Position numbers and translations under genes: made by a program | Source: Cyanidioschyzon merolae | Lineage: Eukaryota | DNA: 64,000 bases | Assembly: GCA_000091205.1 (NCBI GenBank) | Contig: AP006500.2 | Strand: one strand, 5' to 3' | The notes under the pieces: model-generated | Database searches by the model: none | Told to the model about the DNA's origin: nothing | What the model saw: the letters and a program-made list of their open reading frames with translations, nothing else | Shown: piece by piece, positions 35,200-44,326 of the stretch | Layout: the number at the start of each line of letters is the position of its first letter | Numbering within the stretch: the stretch's first letter is position 1

Positions 35200-36794
35200 A
35201 GCAGTTTACGCAGGTGGCTTGTTACCAAGGTCGCTCCGATCATGCGCTTGCGTGTCGCCAAGCGACGCTAGCAGAAAAGTGCGAATATAGAAACCACATG
35301 ACGTGCGGCCTTCCATTCGGATGAAAACGCTGTCCGAGAGACCGCATCCCAGATATAAGTTGTACCGCAAGGGCTACAAAAAGTAAGTCTAAAGCAACGC
35401 CTGAATCCTGAGACAATAGCATTCGACTCGATCGTTCGCGAAATGGGTATCGCGGACCCATCTGAGCGCATCTACCCAGGACGTGCGGATCCGCACCTGA
35501 GGCCGTCGATGGATAGGATCCACCGTTTAAAGCGCGCTGTTCGCCACGGAAAACCCTACAGCCACCAAGCCAGTTGCCGTGAAGCTCCTCAATGCATCGG
35601 CCAATGCTTCTTCCGACACGGCATTTCCATTGCATGCATATTCAAATCGTACCTGGTACGCGTCTATGTGATCAGCGTATACGTAGCAGCCAGCTGAGAC
35701 GCAGTCGACACCCGCTCCGTTTCCTAAGCTTTCCGAGTAAATATTAAAACTCGTACTGGAAAGAGCCACTGCGCAGACGCAGCCGTCAAGGCGAAGCTCG
35801 CTGATGGAAGCGTCTGTGGAGACATGCGGCATGCCAAGTGCACACGAGTCCCGTTAACCTTTATCAGAAGTGCGTGGGCTTCGTTCCTCAGCGAAGCTGG
35901 TTCAGATACAGGTATTTGAAATAAGATCAGCGCTGAACACTCTGCAGATTGCCAAACCCTAAAAACGCTGTGACACCAAGTACGAAAGAGGCCGCGAACG
36001 TGCCCCACTCGAAAGCACGTCGGGCAAGGCGAAGCTGCGTCTTCCTCGGTTAGAGCAAACGGCGCTTCGGCTCGACACTCGTTCGGCCATAGCGCTGTCC
36101 ACCACGAGCAGCAGAGGCAGCTGCGGTGCAAGGACCGTCGTAGCTGCCACGGAAGTGCTGCAACAGCGCTCACCGAAGCAGCGCACGACTCCGAGTCCGT
36201 CGCGGGGTGGTTCATGAAAACCTGCCCTCGGACTAGGTCTGTCTAGCTACGTACCAACGCCTGTCATGATAGTACGACACCAACTCACATCATCGAAACG
36301 ACAACTCGGGGCAGTATACGCAACACTTGTGGCGCAGTAGAGGCTCGTGTAAAACGGTTTTTAATGCACCTGCTGTTGCCAGCTGTGTCGCCAGCAACTA
36401 AGCTTGCGCTCTGCCGGCTCGCGGGGGTATTTTTGATTACCGGAACATTGACAAGGACACGGAATCCCGCTTTACGTGAGGAAGAGCGGCAATCAAGGAT
36501 CATGCTGCGTATCTTTCTATCAACGGAATGTTTGCAATGACGCGGAATACCTGGTCGCGCGATGGACACCGGTCTCCGGGAAAACCATCCAAAACGCCAC
36601 ACCATACCGGCAAGTTCCAGTGGGCAATACCCTCGCTTCCCGTTAGTCATTCTGGTCACTTGCGACCGATCCACCGCAGGCGCTTTCTCGTCGACGCAAT
36701 GAACAATGCTGCTGCTGCCTTGCACGCGAAGCCGGGCGACTCGAATTGCACACTATCGCTGCAGGCAACGCATCCGTTGGAGCTCCGCATGCAG

Positions 36795-37450
36795 ATACCA
36801 GTATGAAGAGGCGCGAAAAGTCATTCCAGGAACCGGCCTTGAATACCCGAACATCCACCATACCAGAATGAAGAGGCACGAAAAGTCAGAATGGTAGTGT
36901 GCCCTATGTACCCGAACATCCACCACACCAGATTGAAGAGGCACGAAAAGTCAGAATGGTTATGTGCACTACGCACCCGAACATCCACCATACCAGTATG
37001 AAGAGGCACGAAAAGTCATTCCAGGAACCGGCCTTGAATACCCGAACATCCACCATACCAGAATGAAGAGGCACGAAAAGTCAGAATGGTTATGTGCACT
37101 ACGCACCCGAACATCCACCATACCAGTATGAAGAGGCACGAAAAGTCATTCCAGGAACCGGCCTTGAATACCCGAACATCCACCGATACCAGAGTGAAGA
37201 GGCACGAAAAGTCAGAATGGTTATGTGCACTACGCACCCGAACATCCACCATACCAGTATGAAGAGGCACGAAAAGTCATTCCAGGAACCGGCCTTGAAT
37301 ACCCGAACATCCACCGATACCAGAGTGAAGAGGCACGAAAAGTCAGAATGGTTATGTGCACTACGCACCCGAACATCCACCATACCAGTATGAAGAGGCA
37401 CGAAAAGTCATTCCAGGAACCGGCCTTGAATACCCGAACATCCACCGATA
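36795..37450. repeat. Tandem array of about 5 copies of a 131-bp unit made of two related subunits of about 65 bp.
   Basis: ORF-track peptides starting MHYAPEHPPYQYEEARKVIPGTGLEYPNIH recur at 37094, 37225 and 37356, giving a 131-nt period. Both subunits share cccgaacatccacc(g)ataccag.(a/g)tgaagaggcacgaaaagtca. Confidence 0.85.
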
Positions 37451-37542
37451 CCGAAATGCAGCGCGACGCGTCCAGGAAAAAATCGCGGCGATATCGAGGC
37501 ATCCGTTGCGTACAAGCAGGTGGAGGTCGCTCTCCAGGAACG

Positions 37543-39369
37543 ATGTTCGTAGCTTTACCAAGTGTGCTGTTCACCAGCAAACCCTCAAGGATACGTACTG
37601 TTAAGATTGAAAAGCGTAGAACGTTATTTGCCTGCGACAGGGCGAAAGCAGGCACCGATGGGAACGCTAGCAACGCTGCGGCGTCAGCACCGAAACCCTC
37701 TGCTGCGAGCAGCGGGCGATCTGCTGGTACTGCAGCTCGAGACCAGGTAACGATCAGTGCCCAGACGAGTTCGTCAAACTCGCGGACGATAGATCGAAGC
37801 ACCGATTCATCGCAAACAGTACAGGTTGCGTCCATGTTTGACTCGATGACGAAGCGCCGTGAGGCTGCTCGCCGCGAGGCGCTGAGCATCGTCGTGCTGG
37901 GCGCGTCCGGGGATCTGGCCCGCAAGAAGACGCTCCCGGCGCTTTTCTCACTCTACTACCACGATCTGCTGCCGAGCGACTTTTATGTGGTCGGCTACGC
38001 ACGATCAAACATGACGAGCGAGGCGTTCCGGAACACGATCAAGTCAAGTTTGACCTGCCGCGTTATCGAAGGCCCCGAGTGCGCACGCAAAATGGAGCAT
38101 TTCCTCTCGCGTTGTTTCTACGTTTCCGGAACTTATCATGAAACTACTGCATTCCGAACGCTGGACGAGTTTCTCGTGAACGAGTTTGAGAAAGAGCGCT
38201 GGAATCGCGGGGTTCCGACCAATCGCCTCTACTACTTGGCGATTCCTTCCAACGTCTTCGCTGAGGCCTGTCGCGGCATCGCCCATGCCCACACCAAGCC
38301 TCCGGAGTCGACCAAGGGCTGGATGCGGGTCGTCTTGGAGAAACCGTTCGGGAGAGATCTGGATACCTTCCAGACCCTGCACCAGGAACTGCAATTGTAC
38401 ATTAGCGAGGAACAAACCTTCCGCATTGACCATTACTTGGGCAAGGAGCTCGTTCAGAACGTGCTGGCGCTGCGCTTTGCGAATTATTTTTTGGAGCCTC
38501 TCTGGAACAACCAACACATCCAATCTATCCAGGTGACGTTCAAGGAGAACTTTGGTGTCGAGGGACGCGCTGGCTACTTTGACCAGTACGGAATCATCCG
38601 CGACATCATGCAGAATCACCTGCTGCAAATGGTGGCGCTCTTTACGATGGAACAGCCGGCTTCTTTGAACGCCGAAGATATTCGTGACGAGAAAGTGAAA
38701 GTCTTGCGCAGTTTGGAAACGCTACGTGCTACAGATTTCGTCATCGGGCAGTATATGGGGTATCGGGAGGAAGACGGCGTTCGTCCGGGCTCCAAGACGC
38801 CTACGTTTGCAGCGTGTCGGATGAACATTCGAAACCGACGCTGGGACGGTGTACCGATCCTGGTCAAAGCGGGGAAGCATTTGGATGAACGCCTCGCGGA
38901 AGTGCGTGTCACGTTCCGCAGTGTGCCTGGTAGTATTTTCTCGCTTGCGAATACCCTGCCGAACAATGAGCTTGTTGTTCGCGTTCAGCCCGACGAAGCC
39001 ATTTATCTTCGCATCGTCAGCAAATCCCCGGGGTTGACCTCTCGCCTAGAAGAGGCGCGTCTGACGCTATTCTACCGGACGGCCTGGGAAGAAGCGCACG
39101 ACATTCCCGATGCCTACGAGCGCCTCATCTTGGACGTCATCTATGGTGACAAATCGCTCTTCATACGAAGCGATGAATTAAAAGTCGCCTGGGAGAAGTT
39201 TACGCCGGCGCTTCACGAACTCGAGCAGAGCGACCGCTATCGACCGGTACCGTACGTAGCGGGCAGTCGCGGCCCTGCCGAAGCCGACTACCTTGCCGCG
39301 CGCTACGGATGCGTTTGGGCCAGCGACCTTGACATTGGCGGCAAGCGACTGCAAAGCAAGGTGCCGTAA
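37543..39369 (+). CDS. G6PD: Glucose-6-phosphate 1-dehydrogenase, probably the plastid-targeted isoform. The listed ORF 37225..39369 extends 5' into the repeat array; the start is more likely ATG 37543 or 37456.
   Basis: LSIVVLGASGDLARKKTLPALF..GYARS (NADP-binding), the exact active-site motif RIDHYLGKE, then ..QNHLLQMVALF..MEQP.. The N-terminus is MFVALPSVLFTSKPS.. followed by a Ser/Ala/Thr-rich presequence. The stop is TAA. Confidence 0.85.
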   Translation: MFVALPSVLFTSKPSRIRTVKIEKRRTLFACDRAKAGTDGNASNAAASAPKPSAASSGRSAGTAARDQVTISAQTSSSNSRTIDRSTDSSQTVQVASMFDSMTKRREAARREALSIVVLGASGDLARKKTLPALFSLYYHDLLPSDFYVVGYARSNMTSEAFRNTIKSSLTCRVIEGPECARKMEHFLSRCFYVSGTYHETTAFRTLDEFLVNEFEKERWNRGVPTNRLYYLAIPSNVFAEACRGIAHAHTKPPESTKGWMRVVLEKPFGRDLDTFQTLHQELQLYISEEQTFRIDHYLGKELVQNVLALRFANYFLEPLWNNQHIQSIQVTFKENFGVEGRAGYFDQYGIIRDIMQNHLLQMVALFTMEQPASLNAEDIRDEKVKVLRSLETLRATDFVIGQYMGYREEDGVRPGSKTPTFAACRMNIRNRRWDGVPILVKAGKHLDERLAEVRVTFRSVPGSIFSLANTLPNNELVVRVQPDEAIYLRIVSKSPGLTSRLEEARLTLFYRTAWEEAHDIPDAYERLILDVIYGDKSLFIRSDELKVAWEKFTPALHELEQSDRYRPVPYVAGSRGPAEADYLAARYGCVWASDLDIGGKRLQSKVP

Positions 39370-39973
39370 AAACCAGACAGTCCGACTTCCGCCTAGTCTG
39401 GATCGGAGGAGTTTCCAGATGCCCTGGCGATTCCCGAATCCCGGTCGGCGCCTACGAAGCCTACCATCAAGCCGGGCATGCACCGCGAGTAGTCGACGCG
39501 CACAACGCGCTCTACGAAAATCCAAAAGCTCGCGGCACCAGCACTTTACAGCCACAAAACTTGTCTCATGAAAGCGGCGAATAAAACCTCTGTCATCGTC
39601 ATCTGTGAATGTACGGGTGAGGCATCGCGGATCGCGCAGCACAGAACACCTCCACGAGATACACCAGTGAATCGTCGCGATAGCACGTCCGGCTGTGATC
39701 TTTTCGGATACACACACAAGACATGCACTGATGGATTCGCTCAGCGGATACCGCTCGACATGCAATGCCCAGTGCCTGCATCCATTCGTGAACGACGCTC
39801 ACACCTGCACTACGCAACAAGCATCAGCGAGACTTGCGATTCGCCACGCAAAGGATGTACCCGCATTGCCGAAATCGTAGCCGCTATCAAAGTGCAGCGT
39901 TCAACGCATGAAAAACGACTCCGCAATTCCAGTCTATCCTTTTGCTGCATCAACAGTCTCGTTTCGGAAGCGA

Positions 39974-41527
39974 TCAAGCAGGTTTGAAGAATGCCCGAGC
40001 GAGCTGGCGGCGCAGCCAGCGCAGCCACGAGAGCGATCGCGGCAAGCCGAGGCCTCCAAGTGCTCGGAAACGAAAATTGTTCATCGCTCGATTGTACTGC
40101 ACATTGCGGATCCAGGCGGTTGCAGCACACCAACTCCAGCGCTCCGCCTCGCGACGAGCAGCGTCGCCCATCCGTTTGCGCATGACGGCATCGCCGAGTA
40201 GGGCACATACATAGGTTGCAGCCTCGCTGGTGTTGCCCTTGGTGTACAGAAATCCTGTCTCGCCGTGAACAATCAGATCGGGGATACCGCCAGCTGCTGT
40301 GGCAACTACAGGCACACCCGATGCCATGGCCTCCAGTACCACAAACCCAAGGGTTTCGCTCTCTGAGGGCATCACAAATACGTCGGCACAGGCGAATGCT
40401 CGCGATAAATCATCGCCGTGTAGTTGTCCGGTCATGACCACGGGCAGACCTGCGAAATGTCGCCGTACCGTCTCGGCGTACGGTCCGTCACCGACGAAAG
40501 CGAGTCGCGTTCCGGGTGGACAACAGGTGAGGATCCGCTTCAAACTCAGCAGATTCTTCTCGGCACCGAGTCGCCCGATGTAAACCAGCAGCGGCGCGGT
40601 AGGATGGCCATCTGTGAGCCGCGCCCGCATCGCACCACCATCATCGTTGCGGAAACGCGGATGGAAGCGCTCCGTGTTGATGCCTTTTCGCCAGAGGTCC
40701 ACGCGCTCGATGCCGTGTTGTCGAAGTTCTGCGCATATCTGTGGAGACGTCGCCAGCGTCAGGTCTGCGCGATTCAAACAGAAACGCATGAGTGTCCACG
40801 CCAGTCCTATGAGAATCCCTAACCCATAAGTTTTCGCATACATTGGTAGATGTGTGTGATACGATGCAACAAGTGGCTTGCGCAGAACACGCGCCATGAG
40901 AAGGATGGCAAATACCAGGAATCCGGGTGTTGCCAAGTGGATGAGGTCAGGATCGAACTCGCGAACGCGCTGCAGCAAACTGCGCCTTCCGAAAACCATG
41001 CCACTACCAAAGCCGATTGAGAGCGTAATGCGTGGATAGAGTGCAAACTTGAAACCCCGGATGGTTATAACCGGATAACCGAACACTTCTTGCGGTGCGT
41101 CCGGCGAGTTATCGGGGGTTATGATCAATACCTCGTCGCCGGCCTCTTTCAAATACCGTAATAGCTCATTAAAACGATTCGAATACCCGGACACGTGCGT
41201 GAACGGCGTCGGTTCAACCACGAGACACACTCGACGCCGAGGCGCGCGCCGCAGGTCAACGAGGTTCGGGTCATCGCCCGACGTCGGCTGCGGGTACACG
41301 GGACCAGTGGCGACACTCGCCAGTGCGAACGCGCAGCTCGTCCGCGGTACACCCGGTGCCCGCAGCCGGACTGGCGCATAGCGTCGCCTCAAGAGAGCAA
41401 CCTCTAAGGGACACAGCTGCGAGCCGTTTGATGGCGCGCTCTGCCGCCTCAACGTCCGCGCGCACGCGAAAGCGCCAGTGTCCCCGTTGTTAACGCCCAG
41501 GAATGCCGCTGTTCGACCAGTGAACAT
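39974..41527 (-). CDS. SQD2: Sulfoquinovosyl-diacylglycerol synthase (SQD2-type GT4 glycosyltransferase) with an N-terminal presequence.
   Basis: RVCLVVEPTPFTHVSGYSNRFNELLRYLKEAGDEVLIITPD..FGYPVI. The match continues through ..YHTHLPMYA..ADLTLATSP.., ..RLAFVGDGPY.E.. and ..GDDLSRAFACADVFVMPSESETLGFVVLEAMASGVPVVATAAGGIPDLI, collinear with plant SQD2. The N-terminus is MFTGRTAAFLG.. The stop is TGA. Confidence 0.85.
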   Translation of the reverse strand: MFTGRTAAFLGVNNGDTGAFACARTLRRQSAPSNGSQLCPLEVALLRRRYAPVRLRAPGVPRTSCAFALASVATGPVYPQPTSGDDPNLVDLRRAPRRRVCLVVEPTPFTHVSGYSNRFNELLRYLKEAGDEVLIITPDNSPDAPQEVFGYPVITIRGFKFALYPRITLSIGFGSGMVFGRRSLLQRVREFDPDLIHLATPGFLVFAILLMARVLRKPLVASYHTHLPMYAKTYGLGILIGLAWTLMRFCLNRADLTLATSPQICAELRQHGIERVDLWRKGINTERFHPRFRNDDGGAMRARLTDGHPTAPLLVYIGRLGAEKNLLSLKRILTCCPPGTRLAFVGDGPYAETVRRHFAGLPVVMTGQLHGDDLSRAFACADVFVMPSESETLGFVVLEAMASGVPVVATAAGGIPDLIVHGETGFLYTKGNTSEAATYVCALLGDAVMRKRMGDAARREAERWSWCAATAWIRNVQYNRAMNNFRFRALGGLGLPRSLSWLRWLRRQLARAFFKPA

Positions 41528-42917
41528 TCACCGCCACCAACACCAACACCAGCTGAAGCAACGATACCAACAACAGTTCTATAGTCTGCACGAGAGCGAC
41601 TCTACCTGTCTGTAGCCTCCTTGTGTTGAAGGGTACGCGTTAGCGCCCGTTGGGCCGCCACCGCATCGGCAACGCGCCCCAAGCGTGAGGGCTTGTCCAG
41701 CGAATTACATGCCCACAACACCGCGGCTGCAGGCGATGCGCATCGAATCTTGCTGCCGATGCGCTGTCATATTTTGTTCGATAACGAAATTCGTTTATAT
41801 CGACGCTGGATCCTAGATTGCGGGATGGGTATTCGTAATCGCAAAAGCATCCATTATGATGCAGTTACCCCCAAGTTCCATTATTCGTACTTCATTTCGG
41901 ATATGCTGGTCGGTTTGCACGTTCAGTCGTGCACCTAACCTGCCCTGATCGTCCGCGATAGCGCCTATACCGCTGGAGCAGATCTTTCATAGAGGCAGAG
42001 CGGCGTTGCGATTCCACTGAGGGTAATGGCTCGAGGCGCGGCTCACCGTACACGGAATCGGAGTAGCGAATCATTCTGGGCGCCTGCGAGCCGCGCAGAG
42101 AGACGTACTTTCTGCGACAGCGCGAAGCGATATACTAAGAGTCCACCGCTACCGAGGCGACACCAAGACGCAGCCTAACTGCCCCTAATCCCAGAACAAA
42201 CTGCGTTACGGACGAGTTGCTCAGATTTGGCCACAACATAGGGAAACGGAGCGATAGCCTGGCATGCTCGTCCGACTCGTGGGGCCTTCCGTCTAAAAGG
42301 TAAACTTTCGACAATACCGAAATCTTTTCCCCTTTTTGACGTTTATCGTAGATGGTAAAAGGAATTTTTTATCGTTGCAAGTGAGTGGTTAGTCTCTGTC
42401 CTTTGTTCTACATAGTGCGGTCGATACGCGTACCTCCATATCTAGCAGGCATGAGATACGACGTGCATCTTGTCGCTACAGGGAATAGCGACCCTCACCG
42501 TTATCGTATTGATGGAATATACAAGTTGCATTTGCGTAACAGCCGTACCAAAATGCAAGGTTTCCATTCAGTTGTGTTTCAACCCTCAAGTCAGTGTACT
42601 CATGTGATTTTTTTCCGGTTTATATCAGAAGCGTTCAAAGTGCGTTCTTTTTCAGAAAGAAATAAGAAAGGAAAGTTGTCGAAATGGAAGTGGAGGATCC
42701 CGAAGGCCCTGGGTCACCACCTGGCAGAAAAAACGAAAAAAAGTGCCGCGCGAAGAGGAACAGGAGAATACCAAGGAGCGAACATGGACGCCCCACGTCA
42801 CAAGCTGTCTGAATCGAGAACTCGAACGCAAGGCGGAGATGGAGCTGGGTGTCGAAAAAATGAAGAGTCCGTGGAACGGAAGACTGCGCTTCTCGGGAAG
42901 CGATTCGACGCCGTTCC

Positions 42918-43127
42918 GTGATATGCAACATCAAGTGGCACTCTGCGACCATCGACTCCAGTGTCCGTCATGGCATTATGAGGGAGACCAGCTCCGAGTT
43001 CGATGTAAGCAACAAGGAATTCACAGGTGAAAACCGGGAGACGTACTGGAAGTATATCGTAGACTTGAAACGTCTCGAAACGGGCAAGAAAAGGCATCCA
43101 CGGAGACGATCGAAACCGATGGTGTAG
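42918..43127 (+). CDS. N-terminal module of the TnpB/Fanzor-like protein (copy 2). It is in a different frame from the RuvC ORF and may be joined to it by splicing or frameshifting.
   Basis: Homologous to copy 1 12515..12823. It ends with TAG at 43125-43127, immediately 5' of the RuvC-frame ATG at 43130. Confidence 0.45.
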   Translation: MICNIKWHSATIDSSVRHGIMRETSSEFDVSNKEFTGENRETYWKYIVDLKRLETGKKRHPRRRSKPMV

Positions 43128-43129
43128 CC

Positions 43130-44119
43130 ATGTGTGTACGCTATCGGCGGTCGAAGGCAGATCGTCCTGGTCCGCCTTCGATATCGCCCTCGGGGAAGCA
43201 TGAAGAAAAGGAAATGGCAGATCCTAGGATGCAGGAGGTGCAGGAGAGCGACTTTGTTGTTGGCGCGGACCCTGGGGCTACGAACATCGTAACCATCGCA
43301 GTACCCAAGCGTGCGGAAAATGGCATTCGCGGCAACTTGCATCAGAAAGATATGCGTATTTTGAGGTTCTCGAGAGCGAGATACTATCGAGAATCGGGAA
43401 TCATGAATACGAGGAAGAAAATCGAGACATGGAATGCAGGAATGAATGAGCACCAGGAAGCTATGAGCCAGGTGACGAGCCGAGGAGCGGACTGTCGAGC
43501 TTTTCGGGAGTTCATGGAAGTTCGTGTTGCCCATTGGGATGCGCTGTGGGAGGAGTATACCAAGCCCCGGTGGGCTCGTTTGCGTATGAATCTATACGGT
43601 GGGAAGCAGCGGGCCTTTACGAATTCTTTCAATCAGTTGAGTGCCCTGAAGGAGGATGAGAGTCAGGGGCTCGTAGTAGCGTACGGGGCAGGGCGATGGA
43701 AGACCCAAAAAGGGACTACGCCAGCTCCAACGACGAGAACGTGTAAGGAGTGCGCACGGCGTTTTGTTACAATACCGATAGATGAGTTCCGAACGTCCTA
43801 TACACACCATGAGCTGGGGTGTACGCTTCAGAGAGTGGAGATGGAAAAGCGCCAAAGGAGTCCTGAGGAAATCGCAAAGTACGGACCGCTGACGGAGGAG
43901 CAAATGGAAAGGAGAGCGAAAGTTCGAGGATTGCTTGCATTAGTAAGTACAACCAACGATGGCAAGAAACGTATGGAGTTTGTGAACCGAGAATTCAATG
44001 CCGCTATGAATATCAGGAGATGTGCGCTGTTGGAGAATAGACCTCCGGAGTCGACAAGAGGGAACTTGTTGGACAACCTCTCAAAGTGGAACTATATGAG
44101 AAAAAATTGGAAGAAGTAG
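43130..44119 (+). CDS. TnpB/Fanzor-like RuvC nuclease module (329 aa).
   Basis: RuvC-I-like [15 protein letters not shown]; the zinc-finger remnant [11 protein letters not shown] followed by [13 protein letters not shown]; the RuvC-III signature [15 protein letters not shown]. The canonical RuvC-II (vvEdLn) position reads [10 protein letters not shown]. Confidence 0.65.
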   Translation: MCVRYRRSKADRPGPPSISPSGKHEEKEMADPRMQEVQESDFVVGADPGATNIVTIAVPKRAENGIRGNLHQKDMRILRFSRARYYRESGIMNTRKKIETWNAGMNEHQEAMSQVTSRGADCRAFREFMEVRVAHWDALWEEYTKPRWARLRMNLYGGKQRAFTNSFNQLSALKEDESQGLVVAYGAGRWKTQKGTTPAPTTRTCKECARRFVTIPIDEFRTSYTHHELGCTLQRVEMEKRQRSPEEIAKYGPLTEEQMERRAKVRGLLALVSTTNDGKKRMEFVNREFNAAMNIRRCALLENRPPESTRGNLLDNLSKWNYMRKNWKK

Positions 44120-44326
44120 TTGGTGGCCCGTCGAGAAAGACGGGGAGGCGTCCGCACACCAGTTGGCGACGCTATATCTAACACGCGTTCGCCGCCACTA
44201 CTGTACACCGCTGGCGACTGCTTGCGACCTTTGAAAAGCTTTCGGTCGACACGAAACACCCCTAAAAGGCGATACCGTACATCCCTAAGCAACTCGATAA
44301 AAGATTTGCAACCTCCCAGCGCACGC

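Larger units (their letters stand above)
42625..44215 (+). mobile_element. TnpB/Fanzor-like (OMEGA-type) element, copy 2, about 1.6 kb, with an intact RuvC-module ORF; boundaries approximate.
   Basis: Paralogous to 11545-14140. Similarity begins near 42625 (cagaagcgttcaaag..ggaggatcccgaaggccctgggtc..gcagaaaaaa). It ends near 44215 (..cgcgttcgccgccactactgtacaccgctggcgac), about 95 nt past the nuclease stop codon. Confidence 0.6.

Noticed and set aside
36795-37450. CRISPR array interpretation of the 131-bp and 165-bp (60620-61800) tandem arrays.
   Set aside because: Whole units repeat head-to-tail with no unique spacers. The unit sizes are too large and there are no cas genes. The genome is eukaryotic.
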